From Somniosus microcephalus (taxonomy: Eukaryota): a stretch of 64,000 nt of DNA. Position numbers and translations under genes: made by a program. The notes beneath the pieces were generated by a model. The model did no database searches and was not told the DNA's origin. It saw only the letters and a list, made by a program, of their open reading frames with translations. Below, one piece after another: positions 12,601 to 24,809 of this stretch (the first letter of the stretch is position 1; the number at the start of each line of letters is the position of its first letter). Location of the stretch: positions 167,896,001 to 167,960,000 of the forward strand of contig CM126212.1 in assembly GCA_052327205.1 (NCBI GenBank), written 5' to 3'.

Positions 12601-12895
12601 CTACTTTCAGCAATCCTACTTTGCTTTTAACAACTCTCTTTTAATATTTTCTGAAAATGTTTCCTCATACTACCTCTTAGCTTTTCTTACCCCACTCCTC
12701 TTATTTTCTCATTCTCCTTTAGTTTTTTCATTCTTATCCTCTTCAATTTTAAATGGTTTCTAACATGCTTATTTATTCATGGCATCCTAAAAACACTGGT
12801 AGTTTACTTTTTAAATGGAATATACTTATTCTATACCATCACAATCACTTTCTTAAAAACATCCCACTGTTGCTCTACAGGCTTGTGTGCTAATT

Positions 12896-14419
12896 TCAAT
12901 GACTTAGTTGAAGGGACAGAGTGTAATGTATCCAAGTTTGCTGACGATACAAAGCTTGGTAGAAAAGTAAGCTGTGAGGAGGAAACAAAGAGGCTGCAAA
13001 GGGATATAGCGAGGTTAAGTGAGTGGGCAAGAAGGTGACAGATGGAGTATAATATGGGGAAATGTGACGTTATTCACTTTAGTAGGAAGAATAGAAAAAC
13101 AATATTTTCTAAATGGTGAGAAACTATTAAATGTTAGTGTTCAGAGGGGTTTGAATGTCCTTATATACAAAACACAGAAAGTTAACATGCAGGTACAGCA
13201 AGCAATTAAAAGGCAAATGGCATGTTGGCCTTTATTGCAAGGGTGTTGGAGTATAAGAGTAAGGAAGTCTTGCTGCAATTGTATAGGGCTTTGGTGAGAC
13301 CACACCTGGAGTTTTGGTCTTCGTACCGAAGGAAGGATATACTTGCCTTAGAGGTGATGCAACAAAGGTTCACTAGATTGATTCCTTGGATGAGAGGGTT
13401 GTCCGATGAGGAGAGATTGAGTAGAATGGGCCTATACTCTCTGGAGTTTGGAAGAATGAGAGGTGATCTCATTGAAACATATTAGATTCTGAGAGGGCTT
13501 GGCAGGGTAGATGCTGAGAGGCTGTTGAAAAAGTGTAACATCCCCATTCCCTGGTCCCTTGGTGGTGGTAGGGCACCGCTGTACTATGGCCTGTGACGTC
13601 GTGGTCGTGGGCAGGGGCTTTCAGGGGCATGCTATGAGTTCGGTGGCATTGACTGGGATCGGGGAGTGTGGGACCGCGCACGCATGCAGGCTAGAATCCC
13701 ACTCCATCCCCTCCCCGGCATCTTGCCATTGTCTGTGGAAGATGATGGATATGCCTGTGGGGCAGACTTTCTCTGACCCCCACATACAAATGTAAACTCC
13801 CACTGACACCTGGGAATCCCTGGCCCAAGACCGCACAAAGTGGAGGAGAAGCATCCGGGAAGGCGCCGAACACTTCGAGTCTCTTCACCGGGAGCAAGCG
13901 GAAGCCAAGCGCAGGCAGCGCAAGGAGCGCACGTCAACCCAAGCACCCCACCCACCCACCCCTTCAACCACCGTCTGCTCCATCTGTGACAGAGACTGTA
14001 GGTCCCACATTGGACTAATCAGTCACCTGCAAACTCATTTTTAATGTGGAAGCAAGTCATCCTTGGTTCTGAGGGACTGCCTAAGAAGAAGAAGAAATTT
14101 CCCCCGGCTGCAGAGTTTAGAACTAGGGTGCACAGTTTCAGGATAAGGGGTCGGCCATTTAGGACTGAGATGAGGAGAAATTCCTTCACTCGGAATGTTG
14201 TGAATCTTTGGAATTCACTACCCCAGAGGGCTGTGGATGCACATTTGTTGAGTAAATTCAAGGCTGAGATTGATAGATTCTTGAATTCTAGGGATTTGGG
14301 AATCAGGTGGGAAGGTGGAGTTGTGGTCTAAGATCAGCCATGATCTTATTGAATGGCTGAGCAGACTTGAGGAGCTCTATAGCCTACTCCTGCTCCTAAT
14401 ACTTATGTTCTTATGTTCT
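12896..14419 (+). mobile_element. Younger CR1 LINE 3' part, interrupted at 13525-14097
   Basis: [20 protein letters not shown] and LEFGRMRGDLIETY motifs; tail cttatgttcttatgttct. Confidence 0.9.
13525..14097 (+). mobile_element. RTE-clade LINE 3' fragment with a 240-bp foreign insert near its 5' end
   Basis: 13788-14097 matches the reverse complement of the RTE at 58245-58560 and ends in an (AAG)n tail. Confidence 0.8.
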
Positions 14420-15481
14420 CCTTCCACCTCATCTCAGCTAGTTTGATCCTCATCTTTATAAAATCTTAATTAAAATCTCCCAGAACAACAATTTTGTTAA
14501 TACTGCACATCTCTCTAGTCTGACTGCAGTTTTCCTCTTCCATTTCCTTCCCACATATTTAATATGTAATATACTCCAACAAATGTAACAAACCCTTTTG
14601 TTTTATCTTTGAGCTCCAACCATATTGATTCTGTCTCTATCCCTTCCTTCTCTACAATAACCCTCTCTCCAGCATATATTTCCTGTTTTACGAATATTGC
14701 CACTCCACCTCCTTTCTTATCTTTTTATCCCATCTAAATATATTATATCCCAATCTGTTTATTTTCCATTCTAGTCTAACTTGCAGCCAGGTACCTATTC
14801 ATACTATTAAGTCTAGATTCTCTTGTAAAATAATTTCATCCAGTTTTTGCGTATTTTTAACGCTACTTATTTTCCCATGGTCCTTTTTGTTTAAGCTACC
14901 TCCACCTATCCTTCAGTCTTTTCCTCGTTTATGAGTCCATCTGATTTTATTCCTCTACTCTATATCCCTCTTGCTAAATTGTTTTCTGCATGAACACTAT
15001 TCTCAACTCATTTCCCTTCACTATTAGCTTACCCTGGTTGTTTTTATTTTCCCAGCCCCCCTTCCTAGTTTAAACACTTCCCTATTCAAGCATTTTGCCA
15101 GTACATTAACACCCTCTCTGTTCAGATGTAGCTAATCCATGTTGAATAACTCTCGTCTGTCCCAGAACTGGCACCAATGCCCAACAATCTCCCTCTCCTC
15201 TCTATTCTAGCGCATGGTTCAAGAAGTAACCCTGAGATTGCCACACCTGAGGTCCTGCTCCTAACCTCCTAAATTCAAATCACAGAACTTCAGACCTATG
15301 TCATTGGTTCCCATATGAAGCACGATAACTGGTTGCTCTCCCTTCTTTGCAAACTCTTTTCCAGTCTATGCAATATGCTCCTTACCCTCGCAGCTGGGAG
15401 ACAACAAAGTATCCGGGACTGTCTTTCTCAACTGCAAAAGGTTATGCCACCCGCTATAATTATGGAATCACCTATCACTAC

Positions 15482-15756
15482 TCTTATGTTCATTAATAAA
15501 TAGACATTCTTATTATGAACACAGCTAGCTTTTGCTAGACACTTTTATTGAGCACATGTGGACTAGGTATTGTATCTGTAGAGGTGTCCATCTTGACTGC
15601 TGCCTTGTGGGTAGCCTAGTGCCTCATGGGTAATGTAGTCTTAATATACATACAGCTGGGTAATGTAGTCTTATACATACAGCTATATACAGCTCTACAC
15701 AGCTCTACGGCTCCACCTAGTGTCCACTATAGAATGACATGTTATTGATCATTACA
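15482..15756 (-). repeat. 3' LTR of Gypsy element 1
   Basis: Direct repeat of 19885-20149 with roughly 10 substitutions and a 10-bp indel; PPT CAAAGAAAGGGGGA at 15757-15770. Confidence 0.95.
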
Positions 15757-15903
15757 TCCCCCTTTCTTTGAGGTTTAACAAAATCAATATCAATCAACGT
15801 TCAAGACAACAATAAAGATAATATCAGTAACACTTTTGTTAGTGCTCTATAAACATAAACATTTTCAAAACAGTCAACACATTTTCAAAGCTTTACATTG
15901 TAC

Positions 15904-18900
15904 TCAAAGATTAAGTCTATCAGGCTCTTTTACTTCACGTGTGGATCTTCTCAACATGGGTAAGTCTGATGTGTCTTCATGAGATTGTTCTGGTGGTGAA
16001 TGACAAGATGCAGTTGCGGCATTGTCATCAATCTGCTCTTGAATAGTCTCTTGTGTTTTTAGGAGGGAACGGCGGTTCCTCCTGAGAATCTGTCCTTCCT
16101 CAGTTCTAACAGTGTATGACCTTGGTCCTACTTCCTCAAGAACTGTAGCTTTCCTGTTCCATGCATCTGGATCCTCAATCCTGACAACATCATCCCTTGT
16201 CAATGGTTTTAGAGTTTTGGATGACTTGTCATAGTATGATTTCTGTTTCAGCTTTAACAGTTGAAGTCTCTGTCTCAGTTCCTCACTTTGCTGTTCTTTT
16301 GCACAGCAGGGTAGCATGGTGCACAACTTGTGACCCATTAGTAGTTCAGCAGGTGAAGAACCACAGTCTAAAGGTGAGGCTCGGTAGCTCAGCAGGGCGA
16401 GATAAGGATCAGACTTGCTTTCTGTCGCTTTCTTCAGTAGCTGCTTGAGAACTTGAACACCTTTCTCTGCCTTACCATTTGACTGAGCATACAAAGGACT
16501 GGATGTGATGTGCTGAAAGTCATACTGTGCTGCAAACTGTTGCCACTTCTTACAGTTGAAGCACGGACCATTGTCGCTAACGGCAATCCTGGGAATTCCA
16601 TGTCTGGCGAAGATGGATTTCACATGCATTATGACACTGCTTGCTGTGGTGCTTGAGAGCAGCGCCATCTCAGGATAGTTAGAATAGTAGTCAATCACTA
16701 TTAGATAGTCTTTACCATTTAAATGAAAAAGGTCCATACCAACCTTTTGCCATGGTGCTGTTGGTATGTCAGCTACTATCATTGGTTCCTTTGCTTGTTT
16801 GTTTTGGTGTTTCTGACATGTCTCACATTTGCCTATCATGTTCTCAATGTCCTTATTTATGCCAGGCCAATAAACAGTGTCTCTTGCCCTCCTTTTGCAT
16901 TTTTCAATTCCGAGGTGTCCCTCATGAATCCTTTTGCGCATGTCTTGACGTAGAGCCTGTGGAATGACTATTCTGTTCTGTTTTAGTAATAGTCCACTTG
17001 CGACACTCAATTCTGACCTTATGTGAAAATATTTTGGACAGGAACCTTTTGGCCAACCATGATGAATGTTCTCTATTACTGTTTGTATTACTGTATCTTT
17101 TACTGTTTCTTCTGCTATTTGCTTTAATTTTGTGTCTGACACGGGCAGCGCAGCAGTGACCATACTCACATGAACATCCATGTCTTCTTCAGTAGAGCTC
17201 ACATGACTCATTGTGGGTGCTCGGGATAGTGCATCTGCTAACACTATGTATTTGCCTGGTGTGTAGATCAGTTCAAAGTCATATCTTTGCAGCTTCATCA
17301 TGAGTCGTTGAATCCTTGGAGACATCTCATTCAGGTTTTTTTTTATGATGGCAACCAGTGGGCTGTGGTCTGTCTCAACTGTGAAGGTGGGAAGTCCATA
17401 TATGTAGCCATGAAACTTTTCTAGTCCAACTACCAAGCCTAGACATTCCTTTTCAATCTGGGCGTATCGACACTCAGTATCAGTCATAGACCTGGAGGCA
17501 TAGGCAACAGGCTTCCAATCTTCACCCTCTGCTTGTAGCAAGACCGCACCTAGGCCATCTTTTGATGCATCCGTTGACACTTTGATTCTTTTTGTTGGGT
17601 CAAAGAAGGTGAGTACAGGTGTGGTCGTCAGCACTGTTTTGAGGTTTATCCACTCTTGTTCATGTCTTTCTGTCCATGCGAACTCATTTGTTTTATGTAG
17701 CAGGTCTCGCAGACAGGCTGTCTTGGCTGACAAGTTAGGAATGAACTTTCCAATGAAGTTTATCATCCCCATGATGCGTAGCACTCCTTTTTTGTCAGTG
17801 GGTCGGGGCATTTTGAGTATGGCATTTACTTTTTCCATATCTGGCTCTATTCCTTTACCAGATAGATTGTCTCCTAGGAAAGTGACTTCCTGGACGCCAA
17901 ACTGACACTTGGCTTTGTTGAGCTTCAGTCCATTCTGGCGTATGCTCTGTAGCACTTTAGTCAGTCTCTCATTGTGTTCTTTCAGTGTGGAGCCCCAGAT
18001 GATGATGTCATCAACATAGACCCGAACTCCTTCCAGACCTTCAATTATGTGTTCCATCACTCTATGAAAGATTTCAGATGCAGATATTATCCCGAAAGGC
18101 ATTCTGAGGAAACAATACCTGCCAAATGATGTGTTGAAAGTACAGTATTTGGTGCTCTCTTCATCCAGTTTTAGTTGCCAAAATCCTTGTGAGGCATCGA
18201 GCTTTGTAAAATATCTGGCACCTGACATTTCACTGGTGATTTCTTCTCGCTTGGGAATCTGGTAGTGTTCACGTTTTATGTTTGCATTTAAGTCCTTTGG
18301 ATCCATGCATATTCTTAGATCATTGTTCTTTTTCTTTACACATACCATGGAGTTAACCCAGTCTGTTGGCTCTTCGACTTTCCTGATGACTCCTAGTGTG
18401 GTCATTCTGTCCAGTTCATTCTTGAGCCGGTCATGCAGGGGTGCTGGAACTCTTCGTGGAGCATGTACCACTGGCTGAGCATCCTGCTTTAGCTGGATCT
18501 TGTAAGTGAATGGTAGAACTCCAAATCCTTTGAACACATCCTGGAAATTATTCACTACAGAATCCACCGAGTCATCTGGTCTGCTTATGGCACAGTTTAT
18601 ACGGTAGACTCTCTTGACCAGTTCTAAGTCCTCACAAGCTTTGTCACCTAGTAGAGAATCAAGTCTTTCAGCCACAACAGAAAACATGAGATGATGCACT
18701 TTGTCTTTGACTGTCACTTTAAGTCTGCATACATCTAAGCTATCTATTTTCTGTCCATTATAGTCCTTCAGTAGTACTGACTTTTTCTGTATTTTGGGCT
18801 TTTCTTTCATATTGTTAATGTCACTCATACTGATTAAGTTTGCTTTTGCCCCAGTGTCTAGTTTCAAGGTAACTAATGCTCCATTTACCTGCAGTGGGAT

Positions 18901-19449
18901 CATCCATTTGTCCTCTTTTACTGCATTAACTTTATGTTCAGCATTGTCCATTTCTGAGGGTTGCACATTTTCTGTATCCTTTTTGATATTGTCACATGAC
19001 ACCATTCGTACAAAATATGCCTCACTTAAATCAGTGTCCTCAATTACATTAACTCGTTGCCCATTCTTAGTTTTTACTTTTGAAAAGCATTGTTTGGCAA
19101 AGTGATTCTTTCCATTACACTTTGTGCATATTTTTCCAAACGCTGGGCATTGTTTTAACTGGTGTTGGTAACCACAGCGTTTACAATTAAAAATTTCATC
19201 CTCCGATTGCTTTTCATTTCTGTTCTGCCCACGTTTCTTCCCCTTGTAGGACACAGCACCGACAGCAGCATTATCACTCATTACAATCGCATCATTATTG
19301 ATTTCACTGAAAGTCTTCGCATGCTTTCGAGCTGGCTCGCTGGCTTGGCATATTTTCACCGCATTTTCCAAATTTAGTTTGGTTTCTCTCAACAGACGTT
19401 CCCTGACTTTTTTATCATGAATACCAAACACAATCTGGTCACGAATCAT
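15904..19449 (-). CDS. Gag(C-terminal)-Pol polyprotein ORF, 1181 aa
   Basis: Zinc knuckles (CKRCGYQH, CTKCNGKNHFAKQC), protease LDTGA, RT LDASQGF/YVDD, RNase H TDAS, integrase HEGHLG..C..C, DYYS, SDNG, NGKAE. Confidence 0.95.
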   Translation of the reverse strand: MIRDQIVFGIHDKKVRERLLRETKLNLENAVKICQASEPARKHAKTFSEINNDAIVMSDNAAVGAVSYKGKKRGQNRNEKQSEDEIFNCKRCGYQHQLKQCPAFGKICTKCNGKNHFAKQCFSKVKTKNGQRVNVIEDTDLSEAYFVRMVSCDNIKKDTENVQPSEMDNAEHKVNAVKEDKWMIPLQVNGALVTLKLDTGAKANLISMSDINNMKEKPKIQKKSVLLKDYNGQKIDSLDVCRLKVTVKDKVHHLMFSVVAERLDSLLGDKACEDLELVKRVYRINCAISRPDDSVDSVVNNFQDVFKGFGVLPFTYKIQLKQDAQPVVHAPRRVPAPLHDRLKNELDRMTTLGVIRKVEEPTDWVNSMVCVKKKNNDLRICMDPKDLNANIKREHYQIPKREEITSEMSGARYFTKLDASQGFWQLKLDEESTKYCTFNTSFGRYCFLRMPFGIISASEIFHRVMEHIIEGLEGVRVYVDDIIIWGSTLKEHNERLTKVLQSIRQNGLKLNKAKCQFGVQEVTFLGDNLSGKGIEPDMEKVNAILKMPRPTDKKGVLRIMGMINFIGKFIPNLSAKTACLRDLLHKTNEFAWTERHEQEWINLKTVLTTTPVLTFFDPTKRIKVSTDASKDGLGAVLLQAEGEDWKPVAYASRSMTDTECRYAQIEKECLGLVVGLEKFHGYIYGLPTFTVETDHSPLVAIIKKNLNEMSPRIQRLMMKLQRYDFELIYTPGKYIVLADALSRAPTMSHVSSTEEDMDVHVSMVTAALPVSDTKLKQIAEETVKDTVIQTVIENIHHGWPKGSCPKYFHIRSELSVASGLLLKQNRIVIPQALRQDMRKRIHEGHLGIEKCKRRARDTVYWPGINKDIENMIGKCETCQKHQNKQAKEPMIVADIPTAPWQKVGMDLFHLNGKDYLIVIDYYSNYPEMALLSSTTASSVIMHVKSIFARHGIPRIAVSDNGPCFNCKKWQQFAAQYDFQHITSSPLYAQSNGKAEKGVQVLKQLLKKATESKSDPYLALLSYRASPLDCGSSPAELLMGHKLCTMLPCCAKEQQSEELRQRLQLLKLKQKSYYDKSSKTLKPLTRDDVVRIEDPDAWNRKATVLEEVGPRSYTVRTEEGQILRRNRRSLLKTQETIQEQIDDNAATASCHSPPEQSHEDTSDLPMLRRSTREVKEPDRLNL

Positions 19450-19455
19450 GGATGC

Positions 19456-19839
19456 TTAGAGCTCAGAGAAATTACATGTCTGTGCTTTCAGTTTCAGATC
19501 AGTTATAAAGCTATCAAAAGTCTCATTTTGTTGCTGTGTCCGAGAACGGAAGATGTATCTTTCATATGTCTCATTCTTTTTGGGAGAGCAATGTGCATCA
19601 AATTTTTTTAGCACATCTTCTAATTTTTCTCTGTTCTCTGGATTAAATACAAATGTATTAAATACCTCTATCGCCTGTGGGCCTGCAACCGTAAGCAGCA
19701 ACGCTATCTTCCTTGCGTCTGGCTTCGTACCGAATCCGATGGCTGCAATGTAGAGTTCGAATTGTTGTTTAAAAGCCTGCCAATTGTAGTCGATTTTTCC
19801 TTTGAGTTTCAAACGCTCTGGTGGCTTCAAATTCTCCAT
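19456..19839 (-). pseudogene. Gag N-terminus, separated from the pol-containing ORF by one in-frame TAA
   Basis: MENLKPP...WQAFKQQFELY...ERYIFRSR...CNFSEL* is in the same frame as the downstream ASMIRDQIVFG. Confidence 0.9.
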
Positions 19840-19873
19840 TTCGTTTTTCACAATTTTCAGCAGATCTTCACCA

Positions 19874-19884
19874 TCCTGGTACCA
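19874..19884 (-). promoter_or_regulatory. Primer binding site, tRNA-Leu(UAA)-like
   Basis: TGGTACCAGGA lies immediately after the 5' LTR and is complementary to the vertebrate tRNA-Leu(UAA) 3' end (recalled, not searched). Confidence 0.75.
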
Positions 19885-20149
19885 TCTTATGTTCATTAAT
19901 AAATAGACATTCTTATTATGAACACAGCTAGCTTTTGCTAGCTACTTTTATTGAGCACATGTGGACTAGGTACTGTATCTGTAGAGGCTTCCATCTTGAC
20001 TGCTGCCTTGTGGGTAGCCTAGTGCCTCATTGGTAATGTAGTCTTAATATCTATACAGCTGGGTAGTGTAGTCTTATACATACAGCTATATACAGCTCTA
20101 CGGCTCCACCTAGTGTCCACTATAGAATTACATGTTATTGATCATTACA
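19885..20149 (-). repeat. 5' LTR of Gypsy element 1
   Basis: TGTAATGAT...CATAAGA; contains AATAAA and an internal ~30-bp tandem duplication. Confidence 0.95.
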
Positions 20150-21501
20150 ACTACTACTTTTCTAGTTGTGTTCCTAATTCCACTCCTCCTTGAGTCCTAT
20201 TTTGTTTGTTGGTGCCATTGATATTTATTTGATGGCCTTGCCCAGTGGTTTTTCCCACAGGAAGCTACAGCTTCAAATCTGTTTGCGTAAGTTGCCCTGA
20301 GGACTCCTGTTGTGATTTCTCCTTCCTGGCGTTCCATGTTCCTTGAGTCGTTGCCCATCTTACCTAATCCACTGCCCAATCCTGTCTCTCTTCAATGTGA
20401 CTGCTCTCTCACAAACTCTCACTCCACAAATGGCTCTCTCCCTGATGTGTTAGATTGTCTTCTCCTCAAGTTCTGACATTTTTAACGTGAGCAAAATCAT
20501 TTGGTGACATTTCCCACAGACGCGTCTGCCTGAGCCACCACGTGCTCGAAACTCTACCATCTTACAGGGACAACACGTCCCTCTCCCTTCCTGTGCTGAC
20601 ATTTTTAGATTTAGATGGTTTCTTCTACTTCAGAGTTTATATGACTTGCATATAAATATCAGTTAGTCCTGTGTTTCATTCCCCCTTTACTGAATTCTGA
20701 CTCTCACCAAATTCCAGTTTTGCTCTCATTCTGTTCCCCGCTCACTCCATGATGTGCTCTTGGCTAGAGCTGGAACTCTCTCAACTTCCTCTCTTAATAT
20801 AAATTTGAGACTCAAACCACTTTCAACTTGTCAATCAACCCCCCAAAACACCATTTTAATTAACGCCTGGCAGTGACCTACTTACAGTTGACTGACAGTT
20901 AATTGCCAACTGACTTACAATTATAGAAATTAAAATTCAAGTTTAAATAAGAATAGTGTATGGCATAGGAAGACTTGAATATTGGATATTTGAATAAATA
21001 CAAACAGTTAAAATAAAATGTCAAGATAATGAGCTTTTAAAACTGCACCACAGGTAAACTTCATTTTATATTTCTTTGACTTGTTGGATTAGACAATTTA
21101 TTAATCTGTTTTTGAATCCAAATGCATGTGTGAGCTCCATTCTCGTTCTGAGAGCCTTTAACATCTTGTTATGGATGAGGTGAGGAATCTGATGTCTCTT
21201 CCTAATCAGCTTAGTGTTGTGGGCAGCAGTGATCTAAAAAAATATTTTCAGCAGGCTGCACTAAACTAAGCACCACCATATGAAATCAGTGAAAACAATA
21301 CACGTTAGATGACACACCTTACTATCGAACCAAGTTCACCTGACTGCCCGGATGTATATTGGGGAAAACAGCTTTTCTATATAATCAGTATCACTGAACA
21401 ATAAATAGCGAAAAATGAATTTATTTTTCTTCCTGATTTTGTTTAAATTCCACTTCACTTTTGTGTTCTGCCTTATAATTGCAGGAGTTATGTTTTGTTG
21501 C

Positions 21502-21545
21502 TGCCAGTAGGTGGCAGTAAATGGTAATGGCCAGTAGGGTCACTC
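21502..21545 (+). promoter_or_regulatory. CTCF-like motifs in tandem
   Basis: GCCAGTAGGTGGCAG fits CCASYAGRKGGCRS; a weaker GGCCAGTAGGGTCAC follows. Motif match only. Confidence 0.4.
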
Positions 21546-22175
21546 AACAGGAAGTAGTATAGTGATAGCAAACAAAGAGGTCACATCAACTTGCGTGCTG
21601 CAAGTTAATCCGCTGTAATCTTACATTGTTACGCCTTCAAAAGCATTGCCTGCGAGTTGAATGGTTTCATTACATATTCATGTTTAGATATTAGTTATAT
21701 CTCATGTATGTAACAAGGTGCATTTCTTTCTTTTTTCTTTCTCAGTTTTACTCCAACCCAATGCAACTGATTTGTATTGTTTCATTGACCTCATGCAAGT
21801 GTGGCATTATTAAACACCGGAGCTTGGACGCTACATCCTGACTCCCATGTCGTTATTGAAAGGAGTTTGGCTGGCTGTCTAACTGCATACAGACACATAC
21901 ACGTAGGGAGGACAGTACAGTTTGTTAAAGATTTTTTAAGCAGACCATTACTGTACAATTTACCACCTTGATTTCCTCTACGCATGGGAATATTCATGAT
22001 TTGTCAGTTTGTCTTTGCATACCACATTTATTTTTTCCTTAATTTCTGGATGCAAGTTTCTCCCTACATAAACATTCTTACATAATCTGCAAAAGAGATA
22101 TTTTTTCGCTTGCAACTATATAATGGACCCTAATTTACGGAAGCAGGTGTATCTTGCAAAGCATATTTGGAGCTT

Positions 22176-22901
22176 GGAATGAATATAATTTTTAAAGGGT
22201 TACAAGAACAGAGAGACCTGGGGTTGCTTGTGCTCAAATCTTTGAAGGTGGCAGGACAGGTTAAAAAAGCAGTTAATAAAGCATATGGGATCCTGGGCTT
22301 TATAAACAGAGGCAGAGAGTACAAAAGCCAGGAAGTTATGCTAAATCTAGTTCGGCCCCAGCTGGAGTATTGTGTCCAATTCTGGGCATCACACTTTAGG
22401 AAGGACGTGAAGGCTTTGGAGAGGATACAGAGAAATTTATTAGAATGGTTCCAGGGATGAGGGATTACAGTTACATGGATAGCCTGGAGAAGCTGAGGTT
22501 GTTCTCCTTAGAGTAGAAAAGGCTAAGAAGAGATTTGATAGAGATGTTTAAAATCATGAAGGTTTTAGATAGAGTAAGTAAAGATAGACTGTTTTCAATG
22601 GCTGAAGGTTCGATAACCAGAGTGCATCGATTTAAGGTGATTGGCAAAAGAAGCAGAGGGAACATGAGGAAAAACCTTTTTACATAACAAATGGTTAGAA
22701 TTTGGAATCCACTGCCTGATTGGGTGGTAGAAAAAGGATAAATAGTAACTTTCAAAAGGGAATTGGATAAATACTTGAAGGAGAAAAGATTGCAGGGATA
22801 TGGGGAAAAGCGGGGGAGTGGGACTAACTGGATTGCTCTTTGAAAGAGCCGGAGCAAACTTGATGGGCCGAATGGCCTCCTTCTGTGCTGTACTAGTCTA
22901 T
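22176..22901 (+). mobile_element. CR1 LINE 3' part
   Basis: QRDLG...AYGILGFINRG...LVRPQLEYCVQFW motifs and a CR1 3' UTR. Confidence 0.9.
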
Positions 22902-24809
22902 GAAAGTTCCGAGGAGCACTAAAATGGTAAAATTGGTAAAGTACATTTCGACAAGAAATTGAATGAGGGGTTAGGAATGAGGGAAGAATCAACTATGAAA
23001 TAAGCTTTTTATTTTATTTTTTCTCGGAGTGGTTCTACAAATTCCTAGATCTTGCAACAATGCCAAATTCTGGGATACACTTTAGCTTTATTAAGAATTG
23101 AGTGCTGTAGAGGGGAAAAAAAGTCTCTAATACAAAAGAGGAAACAAACGCATTCAGAGCCACTAGTGCAGAATGACTGAATAAATAAAATTGTACTTTA
23201 TTGGATGAAATTCTGTTTTTATGTATGTTTTGTGAATTCAATTCTGCAATTCTGTCCACTTTTGCATTAAAATCTTAATCCGTGGCATTGATTATTATCT
23301 GTTCCTTTACCTGTTTACTCAGTTTTTATATCTTAGCTGTGTGTAAAGCTCAAGATAAATTATGTGGGCCAGGATGGAGATAAGTAACTCGATAGCAAAA
23401 TACTGCAGATGCTGGAAATCCGAAAAAGATAGGTAACTGTTGTTTAGCTGGCCCTTTGATAATATGGGTAGTGATCTTGGGGGCTTCAGCAGAATTGGAG
23501 TGAGGATCGTCGAGTTTGGCATGACTGTGTACAGCAAAGAAAGATAGAACTTGCTTTTATATAGTGCCTTTCAACCCTCGAAATGTCTCCAAGTGCTTTA
23601 TAGCCAATTAATTAAATTGAAGTGTACTCTGACATAGGAAACCAGGGAGAATCCTGGGGTTTAGCAAAACAGGAGGGGAGGAAATGAATCACGAGTTTCA
23701 GTCATATTTCTAAGGCAATAAGAAAGCCCTTGTATTTCAATATCTTTGTATAGGAGTCTGGCAGGCACTTGAAATGTTAATTACTGCAAGCTGCTTCCTC
23801 AAGCTGCAGAGAATACTTATTATAGTCTATTGTGAAGAAGGTTGTTTCAAAGGCATTGATATGTGGATGTTTACTGGTGCCATTGTTCTTTGACAAAGAA
23901 ATATCTTTCAGTTCAGCCAAAGTGTTTAGAACAGATTTTGTTTTCAACATTAAGGGGCAAGTCCCTTCAGATACTCGTACCCCGGGGATCTTTTTAAGTA
24001 TATGTTTGATTGACAGCTTCATTTTTAATCTTCATTATTCCCATAAGTCTTCAAAGGATTTTGAAAGTACATCTTGGGATGACTTGCTCAAATTCAGCCA
24101 TCTTTCTGAAGTCATCAGAGGCAAGATTGGCAGCAAACTGCCACATAAGTTTATGGTCAGAAGGGACCTTCCCTTGGGTCCAGATTTACATTGAGTTTTA
24201 GTGCAGGAGATGGAACTGTTAGTTTCTGTTTTCTGAGGAGGAATAGTGACGTTTGTTATTACTGTGAATCTGCTGTTTGTCTTTGATACTGTTGTCGCTG
24301 CTTGTAAATTGCTCAGGTCAATTGGAGCCCAGTAAGTGGCTTATAAATTTCAGGCTCCAACCAGTAAGTAACTATCTGTGATAGCCAAATGTGATAGCTG
24401 AAGAAAAATCTGACTGGTGAATTGGTGCTTAGGCTGGAGTAACTTGGAGCAGGTTTCTATGTTTTGTAAAGTACACTAAAAGGTTACTGCTTTTCTTTTA
24501 TTGTTTATTCGCTACATTCAAAAGCAGCCACTGTCCATAGAAGCAAGTAACAAATACAGGAAGAGCTGTACCATTTGAAGTTTGATGGGATTTTTCTGAA
24601 TAAAAGTCCTGGTGTCAACATGTATATTTAGATAAAACTATTTGGTAACATTAAGTACTGCTGCAAAGATATTTAATAAAGACGGAAACAGACATTGTAA
24701 TGTCTTTAATACAAAAAGAAAATACTGCAGATGCTGGAAATCTGAAATAAAAACAGAAAATGCTGGAGAAACTCAGCAGGTCAGGCAGCATCTGTGAAGA
24801 GAGAAACAG

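Larger units (their letters stand above)
15482..20149 (-). mobile_element. Full-length Ty3/Gypsy LTR retrotransposon (Mag-like), 4668 bp
   Basis: Two LTRs (19885-20149, 15482-15756), perfect TSD ACTAC (15477-15481, 20150-20154), PBS, PPT, and gag-PR-RT-RH-IN order. Confidence 0.97.
11330..20830 (-). mobile_element. Ancient near-full-length CR1 LINE, fragmented by nested insertions
   Basis: 3' end at ~11330, decayed RT to ~12500, endonuclease remnant (ESIWLELKDKTKGFVTFVGVYY, 14515-14703), ORF1 remnants at 15100-15480 and 20155-20610 (ANRFEAV). Boundaries approximate. Confidence 0.65.

Noticed and set aside
16197-19753. Plus-strand ORFs antisense to Gypsy gag-pol (and minus-strand ORFs at 60-63 kb)
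   Set aside because: They are short shadow ORFs with no motifs.
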